Positions 18,432 through 28,813 of a DNA stretch of 64,000 bases are shown here, one piece after another. The notes below the pieces were generated by a model. It searched no databases and had not been told where the DNA came from. It saw nothing but the letters and a program-made list of their open reading frames with translations. The stretch is from contig BPGU01000004.1 of assembly GCA_026003195.1 (NCBI GenBank), positions 70,317 through 134,316 of the forward strand, given 5' to 3'. Made by a program: the position numbers and the translations under genes. Positions within the stretch are counted from its first letter, which is position 1; every line of letters begins with the position of its first letter. This stretch comes from Armatimonadota bacterium (lineage in GTDB: Bacteria; Armatimonadota; HRBIN16).

Positions 18432-19523
18432 TCAGAACTGATAAGAGTAGTAGACAGCGATACCTTGCTGGCGTGCGTATTCTTCCACATCCCGCTCGGA
18501 TATCATGTGGGTTACCAGTATCGGGAATGGATTGGGATATGCGCCCTGTAGCCGCTGCAGTTTGCGACGCACAAAGGCATCGACGTCGTTCTTCGAGAGC
18601 TGCGCTTTGCTTTCACCTACGATGGTGATGATATCGCCGTTGCGACGCGCCTGCCCAAAGATATTGACCTCGATGTACTCACCGGTATTGTCCGCCACGA
18701 ACTGCCTCTTCAGGTCGCCCTCTATCTCTATGCCGAAGTCCCGTGCGAGCAGGCGTGGCAAAGCTTTGTACGCCTCGTTCTCAATCGTGTACCCCACGGT
18801 GATAGAGAGGCCGCCAACCTGCTTGCGCAGGTCATCTAACCCCTGTGTGAGGCGGCGGATGTCTTCCTGAGTTTGCTGTTGCACCTGGATCAGCTGTTGC
18901 ATCATCCTCTGCAGGTTGCCAATCTCCTGCGAGTGCTGTTGTGTCACCTGCACCAGCTCCGCCGTTTGCTGCCTTAGTTCAGCAATTTCGCGGGAGTGCT
19001 GTTCGGTGACCTGAAGCAGCCTGTTCACCGCCTCCCGCAACTCGGCGATGGCTTCGGTGTTGCGCTGGGTCGCCTCCCGCAACTCGGCGATGGCTTCGGT
19101 GTTGCGCTGGGTCGCCTCCCGCAACTCGGCGATGGCTTGGGTGTTCTCGCGCACCATCTGCCTCAGTTCGGCAATCTCGCGAGAGTGCTGCTCGGTAATC
19201 TCAAACAGCCTGTTCACCGCCTCCCGCAACTCGGCGATGGCTTGGGTGTTCTCGCGCACCATCTGCCTCAGTTCGGCAATCTCGCGAGAGTGCTGCTCGG
19301 TGACCTGAAGCAGGTTCGCGAGGACGCTTTCGATGCGGGCAAAACGCTCTTCTACCTCCCGCCGCAGCGCGGTGGTTTCCTCATACAGCGTGCGGAACCA
19401 CTTTTCGCTCATCGATTCCTGGAGCTCTGTAAACGCGCTACCCAGCACCTCCGCGATGCCTTCTGCAGCGGCGGGATCCATTTTGTCCTTTAGCTTTTCG
19501 TAGATGGTCAACGTGTCTATCAT
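18432..19523 (-). CDS. Coiled-coil repeat protein with DUF1640-like head and C-terminal PD-(D/E)xK-like domain
   Basis: ATG 19523 behind GAGGGAG; 'IDTLTIYEKL' head; heptad repeats; 'EVNIFG...IVGESK' tail. Confidence 0.8.
   Translation of the reverse strand: MIDTLTIYEKLKDKMDPAAAEGIAEVLGSAFTELQESMSEKWFRTLYEETTALRREVEERFARIESVLANLLQVTEQHSREIAELRQMVRENTQAIAELREAVNRLFEITEQHSREIAELRQMVRENTQAIAELREATQRNTEAIAELREATQRNTEAIAELREAVNRLLQVTEQHSREIAELRQQTAELVQVTQQHSQEIGNLQRMMQQLIQVQQQTQEDIRRLTQGLDDLRKQVGGLSITVGYTIENEAYKALPRLLARDFGIEIEGDLKRQFVADNTGEYIEVNIFGQARRNGDIITIVGESKAQLSKNDVDAFVRRKLQRLQGAYPNPFPILVTHMISERDVEEYARQQGIAVYYSYQF
18960..19310 (-). repeat. Intragenic tandem repeats (42-bp and 105-bp units, all heptad multiples)
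   Basis: IAELREATQRNTEA twice and TEQHSREIAELRQMVRENTQAIAELREA twice, near-identical at DNA level. Confidence 0.9.
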
Positions 19524-19581
19524 GGACGCTCCCTCACGTACCGTTCCACTCGAATTATACCACCACGGGGCAAAATCTGTC

Positions 19582-20649
19582 TCAACGCAGCTTTTTGCCC
19601 GTGACCACCTCGTAAGCGGCGAGCACATTGTCCACCGGCGTGTTGGGCTGGATGCAGTGCGAAGGAGCGAAGATATAGCCTCCGTCCTTCCCAATGACCT
19701 CCACACGATGCTTTGCCTCGGCGATGCAGTCCTCTATTGTGCCGAAGGGAAGTGTTCTCTGGGTGCTGATGAGCCCGCACAGGGTGAGCTTATCGCCGAC
19801 CTCGCGTTTGATCTCTTCGGGGTTCATGCCCACCGGCTCAGGCTGCATGGCGTCCAGGATGTCCAGCCCCATCTCCACGAAGCGCGGCTGCAGTTTGCGT
19901 GTGCTCCCGCAGCTGTGCATCATCACCTTGCAACCGTACTGATGCCCCAGGTCGTAGAACTTTTGCAAGCGCGGGCGGAAGAAGCGGTCAAAAACCTCTG
20001 GAGAAACCATTGGACCAAGCTGATTGCCCAGGTCCTCCCCCACACAGAGCACATCTATCAGACCGTCTGCCTCCTCCAGTCCGCGCTTCACGAACTCATA
20101 ATAGAACTCCACGCGATGGTCAATGATGGCAACCCCCACTTCGTCTTCGGTGAGGATATCTATCAGCACCTGCTCCATGCCTCTGCCCCGGCTGACGCCG
20201 TTAATGATGTCGGGAATACCTGCCCCACCAAAGCACACGACGTAATCTCCCACCGCTTTGCAGGCTTCCTTGAGATGCAAGAAGTCGTAGTCGTCCACCG
20301 AGGGCCAGGGGTAGTCCTCCACCTCTTTCAACGTGCGCATATGGGCAAACGGAAGTTCGTACGCCTCCAGGTACTCGCCGAAACCGTATGACTGCCGAAT
20401 GTAGCCGATCCCCCACTCGTCGTAGTACGCCACCGGGCTACCCGGCTCTGGTTGGCGTAGTGGTTTCTTGCGCGGCACACCCACTGTGCGAAAGTCCACC
20501 TCCAGAACCTCCAGCAGGTTCTGACCCGGAAACCGCTCCTGCAGCTTCGCCTCGAATTCAGGGGTGGTGTAAAACTGGATAGGCGGTCTATCCGGCTGCT
20601 TGTGAGCTACGCACAGAGCAAATCGCTCCTTGGGACTCATCCACGACAT
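19582..20649 (-). CDS. Uroporphyrinogen decarboxylase / MtbA-CmuA superfamily protein
   Basis: 'PDRPP', 'EDLGNQLGPMVSPE', MHSCG, 'GGYIFAPSHC'; lacks the HemE RQAGR motif. Confidence 0.88.
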   Translation of the reverse strand: MSWMSPKERFALCVAHKQPDRPPIQFYTTPEFEAKLQERFPGQNLLEVLEVDFRTVGVPRKKPLRQPEPGSPVAYYDEWGIGYIRQSYGFGEYLEAYELPFAHMRTLKEVEDYPWPSVDDYDFLHLKEACKAVGDYVVCFGGAGIPDIINGVSRGRGMEQVLIDILTEDEVGVAIIDHRVEFYYEFVKRGLEEADGLIDVLCVGEDLGNQLGPMVSPEVFDRFFRPRLQKFYDLGHQYGCKVMMHSCGSTRKLQPRFVEMGLDILDAMQPEPVGMNPEEIKREVGDKLTLCGLISTQRTLPFGTIEDCIAEAKHRVEVIGKDGGYIFAPSHCIQPNTPVDNVLAAYEVVTGKKLR

Positions 20650-20733
20650 GGTCGTATACCTCCTCGCTCAGTAGCATTCGCGTCGAGAAGGAGGGTTGCC
20701 TGCTCCGCATTCTCTGTCGGTCGGGGGGGTGCG

Positions 20734-21759
20734 CTACCCGGCTACTTTGGCGAACGCCTCAATGGCGCGAGTGATGTCCTCGTCGTCCACGTCCTTGTGG
20801 GTGACTAAACGGATGGTATCTGGAAACACGTCCAGACACAGCACGCCCAGCATCTCCAGTTGCTGTACCACACGCCTCGCCGGCTGCGCCGTCTGTACGT
20901 ATACCATGTTCGTTTGCACGGTTTCCAGATCCACCGAGAAGCCTCGCAGGTGGGCTATCGCCTCCGCGAGCCTGCGGGCACGGGCGTGGTCTTGTGCAAG
21001 GCGGTCTATCATCGTGTCCAGTGCCACCAGCCCTGCTGCGGCGAGGATACCTGCCTGGCGCATCGCTCCACCCAGTATCTTGCGCACTCGCCGTGCCTCT
21101 TCGATAAAAGCACGAGAACCACACAACACCGACCCCACCGGGCACGCGAGTCCCTTCGACAGGCAGAACATCACCGAATCGGCGCACGCTGCCAGTTCTC
21201 TCGCGGGAACGCCCAGCGCGATGGAGGCGTTGAAGAGACGCGCCCCGTCCAGATGCACTGCTATCCCGTGTTGCTGAGCAAGTCCCCATATTTCGCGCAT
21301 ATACTGCAGGGGGAGTACCACGCCACCTGCCGCGTTGTGGGTGTTCTCCAGACAAATCAGGCGGGTAGGCGGCACGTGGTCATCGCCGGGGTGGATGCGT
21401 CTGGAATATTCCTCCACCGGCACAATACCTCGCTGATTGGGCAGGGTATGCAGTTGCACATTGCTGATGAACGCCGCTGCCCCCAGCTCCCACTTGACGA
21501 TGTGACAATCCTCGTCAATAAGCACTTCATCGCCGGGGCGCGTGTGCACCTTGATGGCGATCTCGTTGCCCATCGTGCCAGACGGTACGAACAGCGCCGC
21601 TTCCTTGCCTAGCAGCTCTGCTGCCCGTTCCTGCAAGCGATTGATGGTGGGGTCTTCTCCATATACGTCATCACCAACCTCGGCGTTCGCCATGGCGCGA
21701 CGCATCTCGGGCGTGGGCACCGTGACGGTATCGCTCCGCAGGTCTACCAGACGATGCAT
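20734..21759 (-). CDS. ltaE: Low-specificity L-threonine aldolase
   Basis: 'DLRSDTVT', 'HLDGARL', 'CLSKGL' PLP lysine, 'GGAMRQAG'; GGAGG RBS before ATG 21759. Confidence 0.95.
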   Translation of the reverse strand: MHRLVDLRSDTVTVPTPEMRRAMANAEVGDDVYGEDPTINRLQERAAELLGKEAALFVPSGTMGNEIAIKVHTRPGDEVLIDEDCHIVKWELGAAAFISNVQLHTLPNQRGIVPVEEYSRRIHPGDDHVPPTRLICLENTHNAAGGVVLPLQYMREIWGLAQQHGIAVHLDGARLFNASIALGVPARELAACADSVMFCLSKGLACPVGSVLCGSRAFIEEARRVRKILGGAMRQAGILAAAGLVALDTMIDRLAQDHARARRLAEAIAHLRGFSVDLETVQTNMVYVQTAQPARRVVQQLEMLGVLCLDVFPDTIRLVTHKDVDDEDITRAIEAFAKVAG

Positions 21760-21839
21760 GAGAACCTCCAGCACGCAGAGAATATCCATCTACAGCATAC
21801 ACGCCACGGTGCTGAAAATCAACCCTGAGGAGGGAACTC

Positions 21840-22874
21840 GTGCATAATCTGGATACATTCCTTGAACCCATCCGTGCCGAGGCGAAAGTGCCTGCGCTGG
21901 CGGCAGCGGTGATACAAAAGAACAAACTGGTCGCGCTAGGTGCGGTGGGTAAACGCCGGGCAGACAGAGATGACCCCATACGGCACGATGACCGTTTTCA
22001 TATTGGCTCCTGTACCAAATCCATGACCGCTACGATGATTGCCCGACTGGTAGAGATGGGCAAATTGGATTGGGGAAGCATGGTCGCAGAAGTACTGCCT
22101 GCCCTTCGCAAAAGGGTCCGTCGCGAATACTGGAGGGTCACTCTAGAGCAACTGCTTACGCACCGTTCCGGTCTACCCGAAGACCGCACTCCTCACCCCC
22201 AGGTATTCCCCAAGCTGTGGAGCCTCTCCCCGAAACAACGTTCGCAGGCGGCGGAGATTATCCTGCAGCAAGAACCTGTAGCCAGGCCGGGTGAGAGAAC
22301 CATCTACTCCAACGGCGGCTACGTGGTGGCAGGCGCCATGGCGGAGGCGGTGACAGGCAAGACGTGGGAGGAATTGATGGACGAGCATCTGTTTCGCCCG
22401 CTGGGGATAAAAAGCGCCGGGTTCGGCGCGCCTGCCACCGGAGCATGGGGACATCGCTCTGGTGTAGATGGATACCTTCCTGTGCCGCCCTCGCCCTTTG
22501 CAGATAACCCGCCTGTGCTCGGTCCCGCAGGGACTGTGCACCTGTCACTATCGGACTGGGCGCGCTACGCCATCATCCATTTGCGGGGATCGGTCGGAGA
22601 GCACCCTCCCCTCCTTCGTAAAGACACCTTTGCCACACTACACACTCCTCCCCACAACAGCACGTACGCCATGGGCTGGGGCATCGTACAACCAACCTGG
22701 GCACGCGGACGGGTACTGCAGCACGCGGGAAGCAACACCATGTGGTTTGCCCTTATCCTGCTGGTGCCGGATGCGCAAGCGGGCTTGCTGATAGCGACCA
22801 ACGCCGCCGATGAAAAGGCAATGGATGCGGCGCGCCGTGCAGCGGATACCCTCCGCGCGCAGTATATCCGGTAG
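21840..22874 (+). CDS. Serine hydrolase, beta-lactamase/AmpC-like family
   Basis: SxxK (SCTK), YSN, HAGS, LLTHRSG. Confidence 0.9.
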   Translation: MHNLDTFLEPIRAEAKVPALAAAVIQKNKLVALGAVGKRRADRDDPIRHDDRFHIGSCTKSMTATMIARLVEMGKLDWGSMVAEVLPALRKRVRREYWRVTLEQLLTHRSGLPEDRTPHPQVFPKLWSLSPKQRSQAAEIILQQEPVARPGERTIYSNGGYVVAGAMAEAVTGKTWEELMDEHLFRPLGIKSAGFGAPATGAWGHRSGVDGYLPVPPSPFADNPPVLGPAGTVHLSLSDWARYAIIHLRGSVGEHPPLLRKDTFATLHTPPHNSTYAMGWGIVQPTWARGRVLQHAGSNTMWFALILLVPDAQAGLLIATNAADEKAMDAARRAADTLRAQYIR

Positions 22875-22932
22875 GGAAAACCGGGTGGCGTAGCGAAACC
22901 AATGGTTAAGCAACCTGCAGGAGGTTAAGCAG

Positions 22933-23685
22933 ATGGGCAAGTTCGGGATCGCTTTACAGACCTATACGGTGCGCGACGATATGGCGCGCGATTTCCAGGG
23001 GACGCTGCAAAAGGTTGCCGAGATGGGCTACCCGGCGGTACAGCTTTCCGGCACGGGCGGAATGAGTGTGCAGGAAGCAAGGCAGTTTCTGGATAGCCTC
23101 GGCTTGAAAGTGTTCGGCGGACACTTCGGCATTGAACAGCTGGAAAAGGACCTGGATAGTGTGCTGGAGCTGGCACGAGGACTGGGCATGGAGTATATCG
23201 TGGTGCCCTGGATGCCCGAGGAGCTGCGCAGGGATGCAGAAGGCTGGAAGAACGTCGCCAAACGCATGAACGCTATCGGGGAGAAGGTCGTTGCGGCGGG
23301 GTTTACCTTCTGCTACCACAACCACTCGTTCGAGTTCCAGAAGTTCGACGGCAAATACGGTCTGGACATCTTCTACGAGAACACTGACCCCAAACTGGTG
23401 CAGGCGGAGCTGGATACTTACTGGGTCAAACACGGTGGCGAGGACCCCGCGGAGTACATCCGCAAGTATGCGGGACGGGTACCCTTGCTGCACCTGAAGG
23501 ATATGGCAGAAGACGGCAGCTTCGCCGAGGTGGGACACGGCATTCTGGACTGGGACGCCATCTTCCAGGCGGCGGAAGAAAGCGGCGTGAAGTGGATGGC
23601 GGTAGAGCAAGACGTATGCAAGCGTCCGCCGCTGGAGAGCGCGAAGCTCAGTCTGGAGTTCCTGAAGTCTAAGGGCTTGCTGTAA
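22933..23685 (+). CDS. Sugar-phosphate isomerase/epimerase (xylose isomerase-like TIM barrel)
   Basis: 'LQTYTVR', 'YHNHSFEF', 'ELDTYW', 'HLKD', 'VEQD'. Confidence 0.92.
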   Translation: MGKFGIALQTYTVRDDMARDFQGTLQKVAEMGYPAVQLSGTGGMSVQEARQFLDSLGLKVFGGHFGIEQLEKDLDSVLELARGLGMEYIVVPWMPEELRRDAEGWKNVAKRMNAIGEKVVAAGFTFCYHNHSFEFQKFDGKYGLDIFYENTDPKLVQAELDTYWVKHGGEDPAEYIRKYAGRVPLLHLKDMAEDGSFAEVGHGILDWDAIFQAAEESGVKWMAVEQDVCKRPPLESAKLSLEFLKSKGLL

Positions 23686-23912
23686 CGTTGCAGGGGAATC
23701 CGGGAGGCACGGTCCCTACCATGCCTCCCTTTCTGCCATTGCGAGGGGGATTTATCCCTGAAGCAGTTCCTTTCGAGGAAGTGGAGGATGTCTTCGCGGC
23801 TCGCGACGATACGTGAGCCAAGGTTCCCCCGAGGCTATAGCCCTGGTTTCCCGGTGTGGTTTCAGAGCTGTGACTGTAACTTGCAAACCAAATCCATGAT
23901 GGGTACACGTGC

Positions 23913-25898
23913 ATGGCAACAACTATCTGGCAAAGAATACGTGCAGAAGCAGAAACGCAGGAACAAGCGGTTGCCGTACAGCGTGGCGTGACTCTCCGTG
24001 CTGTAGTGGTCGGTGTCATTCTTGCACCGCTGATTGCGTGGTTCAACATCTCTATCGAAGCCATTCGCTATGCGGGGCAGCCGACCACTATCTCGTTGTT
24101 TCCTCACATCCTGTTCGTGCTTTTGTGCTTGATTGCGGTGAACGCGGTAGTCGGGCGCATCGTACCCCGGTGGCGTTTCTCCCCCGCAGAGTTGATGACC
24201 ATCTACTTCTTTACTCTGATGACGGCGGTGATGGCGTCGCATGACCTGATTGAGGTCATCACGCCTATTCTGACCTATCCCTTCAAGTACGCCAACCCTG
24301 CCAACCGCTGGGACAGCGATGTCATACCCTATCTGCCCAAATGGCTGTTTATCAGTGACCCCGATGCGGTGGACAAGTACTATATCGGCAACGCCAACTT
24401 CTGGAACGGACGTGACCTGCGCATCTGGACACCACCCCTGCTCATCTGGACGGGCTTCTTTACGGTGCTGGCGTTCGGCATGTTCTGCTTGAATGTGCTG
24501 CTACGCAAGCAGTGGACCGACCGTGAACGCCTCTCTTACCCCCTGGTGCAGCTGCCGCTGGAGCTGGTACAGCCGCGCGTGCCTGTGTTCCAGAATCGGC
24601 TGTTCTGGATTGCGTTCGCCATCGCTGCGATAAACGACATCTGGTTCGGCTTAAATCGGTTGTTTCCCACCATCCCGCAGCCCTACGTGCGCTGGCAGAC
24701 GCTGGAGCAGTATATCACCACGCCGCCGTGGAACGCGATTGGCTGGCTACCGCTGGCGTTCTTTCCCTGGATTGTGGGCATCGGGGTGCTGCTGCCTACC
24801 GACTTGCTCTTCTCGTGCTGGTTCTTCTTCTGGATGTGGAAGCTGCAACCCATCATCGCCGCCTACTACGGCTGGAACCAGATACCCGGCTTTCCCTACG
24901 TGAATGAGCAATCGTTCGGTGCGTATATGGGCATTGCACTCTTCACACTTTACACCGCAAGGAAGGCACTGGCGCAGGGGTTCTCGGCGATATGGAGAGG
25001 CTCGGATGGCAGCGACAAAGGTGAGGCATTACCCTACCGCTGGGCGGCGCTGGGCTTCTTAGCGAGCCTGGCAGCGATTTACCTTTTCTTCCTTTCTACC
25101 GGTATGAGCGGCTGGGTGATCGCGCTGTCTCTACTGATCTATCTGGCGATCTCTTTAGCGGTGACCCGTATGCGCGCGGAACTGGGCCCTCCCGCCCATG
25201 ACCTGCACGACTCGGGTCCGCAGAGGCTCATCCCCCTGCTGTTTGGCGTGGAGAACCTGAAGCGGCAGGACCTGGTGATGTTCGCACCGATTCAGGGCTT
25301 CAACCGCGCTTACCGTGCCCATCCCATGCCCACGCACATCGAAGGGTTGCGTGCAGCGGAGCGAACACGTTCCTCGATGCGGGCGATGTTCTGGGTGCTG
25401 GTGTTCGCAGTGTTCTGGGGAACGCTCACCGGCTTCTTTGTGAACGTGCACCTGCACTATCAGTGGGGCGCGGCATCGAAGGCGGACACCCCCTACGTCA
25501 GTACCATCTTCGGCAGGGAGCCGTACGACCGGATTACCTCCTTGCTGTCGGGATCGGTTTCCTCCCTACAGAAGCGTAACGTGATATGGGCGATGATGGT
25601 GGGCTTCGGCGTCACTGCGGTGCTGAGCATCTTCCGTATGAACATTGCCAACTTCCCCTTGCATCCGGTGGGCTACGCTATTTCCAGCAGCTGGAGCCTC
25701 AGCGTGTTATGGTTTTCCCTGCTGGTGGCGTGGGTGTGCAAGGTGACCATCATGAAGATAGGTGGGTTGCGCAGCTACCAGCGGGCGTTGCCGTTCTTCC
25801 TGGGGCTGGTGCTGGGCGAGTGCACGATAGGTAGCCTGTGGATGCTGGTGAGCATCTTCACCGGCACGAAAACATTTATTGTCTGGCCCTACGGATAA
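23913..25898 (+). CDS. Polytopic membrane protein, DUF6785/DUF6784-like (OPT-like transporter candidate)
   Basis: Many TM segments; 'LRKQWTDRERLSYPL', 'RMRAELG', 'FPLHPVGY', 'PFFLGLVLGE'. Confidence 0.8.
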   Translation: MATTIWQRIRAEAETQEQAVAVQRGVTLRAVVVGVILAPLIAWFNISIEAIRYAGQPTTISLFPHILFVLLCLIAVNAVVGRIVPRWRFSPAELMTIYFFTLMTAVMASHDLIEVITPILTYPFKYANPANRWDSDVIPYLPKWLFISDPDAVDKYYIGNANFWNGRDLRIWTPPLLIWTGFFTVLAFGMFCLNVLLRKQWTDRERLSYPLVQLPLELVQPRVPVFQNRLFWIAFAIAAINDIWFGLNRLFPTIPQPYVRWQTLEQYITTPPWNAIGWLPLAFFPWIVGIGVLLPTDLLFSCWFFFWMWKLQPIIAAYYGWNQIPGFPYVNEQSFGAYMGIALFTLYTARKALAQGFSAIWRGSDGSDKGEALPYRWAALGFLASLAAIYLFFLSTGMSGWVIALSLLIYLAISLAVTRMRAELGPPAHDLHDSGPQRLIPLLFGVENLKRQDLVMFAPIQGFNRAYRAHPMPTHIEGLRAAERTRSSMRAMFWVLVFAVFWGTLTGFFVNVHLHYQWGAASKADTPYVSTIFGREPYDRITSLLSGSVSSLQKRNVIWAMMVGFGVTAVLSIFRMNIANFPLHPVGYAISSSWSLSVLWFSLLVAWVCKVTIMKIGGLRSYQRALPFFLGLVLGECTIGSLWMLVSIFTGTKTFIVWPYG

Positions 25899-25912
25899 GG
25901 AGGGTGTACGCT

Positions 25913-27160
25913 ATGTCTCGCGTGAGCGCAAACGACAAGATTCTCATCGGTTTCATCGGCACGGGCGGGCGAGGACAACATCTGATGCGCATTGCGCTGG
26001 GCAACCCCGATGTGCAAATCGCCGCCGTGTGCGACGTAATGGAACAGCGCCTGGCGCAGGCGGTACAAATCACGGGCGGCAAAGCCACGCCGTACAAGGA
26101 CTTCCGTCGTCTGCTGGAGCGTAAGGACCTGGACGCGGTGTTCGTTACCACGCCCGACCACTGGCATTGTATCATGACCATTGCGGCGTGTGAGGCGGGC
26201 AAAGATGTCTACGTGGAGAAGCCGCTGAGTCATAACGTTGCGGAGGGGCGTGCGGCGGTCAATGCCGCCAAACGGTTCCGACGCATTGTACAGCATGGCA
26301 CCCAACAACGGAGCGGGCAGCATTACGCCGAGGCGAGGGAACTGATACGCTCCGGTACGCTGGGCAAGATCACGCACGTGCGCATCTGGAATGTGTGGAA
26401 CGAGTCGCCTGAAGGTATCGGCAATCCTCCCGATACCGAGGCTCCTCCCGATATCGACTACGACCTGTGGCTGGGTCCCGCGCCCAAACGCCCGTTCAAC
26501 CCCAACCGGTGTTATGCACCCGGCTACTGGTTCCAGTGGGACTACTCTGGCGGGCACATGCTGGCGTGGGCGATACACCACATCGACACGGTGCACTGGG
26601 TGCTGGGCGTCACCGCGCCACGACTGGCGGTATCCGCAGGTGGAAAGTACGCGCTGAAGGATAACCGCACCACTCCTGATACACAGGATGCCCTGCTGGA
26701 CTACGGCGACTTCATCGTGCAGGCATCCATCTACCACGCCAGTGCCCGCCCTGTGGAGGGAAGCTGGTACGGCATCGCTTTCTACGGAACGAACGGCACC
26801 ATGCGTCTGCTGCGTGAGGGGTTTGAGATTTATCCCGAAGGCGACCGCACCCGCCCTGTGCAGCGCGGTGGTACCCCACAGGAAGAACCGCACGTGCGTA
26901 ACTTTCTGGACTGTGTGAAGAGCCGAAAGGAACCGGTGGCGCCCGTCGAATGGGGGCACTGGTCCACCAACGCCATGCATCTAGCAAATATTGCCCTTCG
27001 CACAAGACGGGCGGTACACTGGGATGCCAGGCAGGAAAAGGTCATCGGTGACGAGGAGGCAAACCGCTACCTGTGCCGCACCTATCGCAAGCCGTGGGGG
27101 CAATACGTGCTGCGCTATCTATCGCCAGCGCATCAGAAGTACTACAGGGAGACGACGTAG
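25913..27160 (+). CDS. Gfo/Idh/MocA oxidoreductase
   Basis: GTGGRG, 'TPDHWH', VEKP, 'GTQQRS', 'DYDLWLGPAP'; AAGGAGG RBS before ATG 25913. Confidence 0.93.
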   Translation: MSRVSANDKILIGFIGTGGRGQHLMRIALGNPDVQIAAVCDVMEQRLAQAVQITGGKATPYKDFRRLLERKDLDAVFVTTPDHWHCIMTIAACEAGKDVYVEKPLSHNVAEGRAAVNAAKRFRRIVQHGTQQRSGQHYAEARELIRSGTLGKITHVRIWNVWNESPEGIGNPPDTEAPPDIDYDLWLGPAPKRPFNPNRCYAPGYWFQWDYSGGHMLAWAIHHIDTVHWVLGVTAPRLAVSAGGKYALKDNRTTPDTQDALLDYGDFIVQASIYHASARPVEGSWYGIAFYGTNGTMRLLREGFEIYPEGDRTRPVQRGGTPQEEPHVRNFLDCVKSRKEPVAPVEWGHWSTNAMHLANIALRTRRAVHWDARQEKVIGDEEANRYLCRTYRKPWGQYVLRYLSPAHQKYYRETT

Positions 27161-27954
27161 AAACCCGCCGCCGCTCCCGCCAGCGTGCAAAGCAGGTTCA
27201 CCATGTCGTTGCTCATCCATCGCCAGCCGGCGACCTGTGTAGCGGCGAGATCGCAATGTTCCCTTCTCTCTACAACCTCGCCGCATCGTTCGCAACGATA
27301 CCTTGCCTGCAGGGTGGCGCCCAGCACGCTGTCCAGCAAATTGCCGACCATCCCACCCAGCGCAACGGCAAACATCTGCCAGAGAGGCACAGGATGTACC
27401 AGCCATGCCGTTGCCGCTACAACCACGCTACCTACACACCCCGCCAGCGTACCCCACAGAGTCACCCCACCCGAATCGCCTGCTCGCAGGGTACGACCTG
27501 TGAGGATATGACGCGGCGGGGCAGGAGAGAGTGCGCCGATTTCACTGCTCCACGTATCCGCATTGGCGGCAGCGTAAGCTCCGGCAAAAGCCAGCCACCA
27601 GTGTGCCTCACCAGTCAGAGCATACAGCGCCATGCACAGCGAGGCGACTCCACCGTTGGCAAGCACCTGTGCGGCATCGCGCCGCGCTCCCCGCGCGGTC
27701 AGGCTCTCCATACGACGCTTGCGCTCCGCACGCCAGCGGCTTAGCACACTGGAGGTGAGGAAAAAGGTAAGCAGCACGCTTGCCCCCTGCCAGCCACCAG
27801 CCGCCAGAGTCACCCATCCCACCGCCAGAGCGGCAATGGCTCCGGTGACGGATAGCCAGCGCAGACGGATAGCGGAGAGCACCACCGGCAAAACGAGCAC
27901 TGCAGAGAGAAAAGGGTCCACTACCCACACCGCTTCTCTACCGACGGATGCCAA
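27142..27954 (-). CDS. DUF92 (TMEM19-like) membrane protein
   Basis: 'RDAAQVLANGG', 'ADTWSSEIG', 'GDSGGVT', 'DSVLGATLQ', 'NDMVN'. Confidence 0.92.
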   Translation of the reverse strand: MASVGREAVWVVDPFLSAVLVLPVVLSAIRLRWLSVTGAIAALAVGWVTLAAGGWQGASVLLTFFLTSSVLSRWRAERKRRMESLTARGARRDAAQVLANGGVASLCMALYALTGEAHWWLAFAGAYAAANADTWSSEIGALSPAPPRHILTGRTLRAGDSGGVTLWGTLAGCVGSVVVAATAWLVHPVPLWQMFAVALGGMVGNLLDSVLGATLQARYRCERCGEVVERREHCDLAATQVAGWRWMSNDMVNLLCTLAGAAAGFYVVSL

Positions 27955-28771
27955 CGAGCGTCTTCAGGTATTTGGGGTCAGTGATGCGGTCTATTGCCAC
28001 GCGACCACGGCTGCTAGCAGCGTGGATAAAGTAGCCGTTGCCGATGTAGATTCCTGTGTGCGCAATGGGCTGTTTGCTGGAGCGGAAATACAGCCTGTCG
28101 CCCGGCTGCAGCATCGACAGGTCGGGGATCGGTGTGCCAACCTGTGCTTGATGTCTGCCCAGACGCGGTAACCGGATACCGTTGAGCGCGAACACCTTTT
28201 GCACGAAGCCCGAGCAGTCCAGCCCGTTGTAGGAGGTACCTCCCCAGCGGTAAGGGATGCCCAGAAAGCGCAGGGCGGTTTGCACGATGCGCTCACCCAG
28301 TACACCCGTTGCTGTGGGGTTAGCAGGTAGTACTTCGTAGTCCAGAAGACGCACATGCTGGCGCGGAATCCAGCCCACGCTGCCGTCCGCCATCAACACG
28401 CCGTACCACGCCCCGGCTTCATGGGTCACCGCGAGATACGTCAGGGTTTCACAGCGAGCATACAACCTGCTGCGTGTGCTCCGCATCGCGTAGATGGGAG
28501 CAGGGCTGACGGTCACGCCTAACCGCCCAATGGCTTGAGGGCGTTTGGATTCTGTTCTGCCGGGCGGAGGGCTACTGCGCGATGGTGTGGAGCGGGGTGG
28601 CTCCGGCGGGCGGATGGGCAGTTCGATGGAAAGGGTGGTATCGGCGCGAGCGCCCCCTGCTACCCATAGAACGAGCGTCGCCCCCAGAAAGGCAAGGTAC
28701 AACCAGCCTCTTCCCCACCCCATTTCCCTCAGGGAGGGGTTCGGAAGACAGGTATGATTCTTGAACCACAC
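27938..28771 (-). CDS. NlpC/P60 peptidoglycan endopeptidase with SH3b domain
   Basis: 'GIPYRWGG', DCSG, 'HTGIY..FIHA'; SH3 'WYGV..GWI'; start uncertain. Confidence 0.92.
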   Translation of the reverse strand: MWFKNHTCLPNPSLREMGWGRGWLYLAFLGATLVLWVAGGARADTTLSIELPIRPPEPPRSTPSRSSPPPGRTESKRPQAIGRLGVTVSPAPIYAMRSTRSRLYARCETLTYLAVTHEAGAWYGVLMADGSVGWIPRQHVRLLDYEVLPANPTATGVLGERIVQTALRFLGIPYRWGGTSYNGLDCSGFVQKVFALNGIRLPRLGRHQAQVGTPIPDLSMLQPGDRLYFRSSKQPIAHTGIYIGNGYFIHAASSRGRVAIDRITDPKYLKTLVGIRR

Positions 28772-28813
28772 GACGGAGCGTGCCCCCCTCCGGAGATTGC
28801 ACCTGAAAGACTG

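Noticed and set aside
18960-19310. Repeats as a possible CRISPR array
   Set aside because: In-frame coding heptad repeats with no unique spacers and no cas genes
19582-20649. Annotation as hemE
   Set aside because: Lacks HemE catalytic motifs and heme-pathway neighbours
21840-22874. Antibiotic-resistance beta-lactamase
   Set aside because: Generic SxxK serine hydrolase with no signal peptide; resistance cannot be inferred
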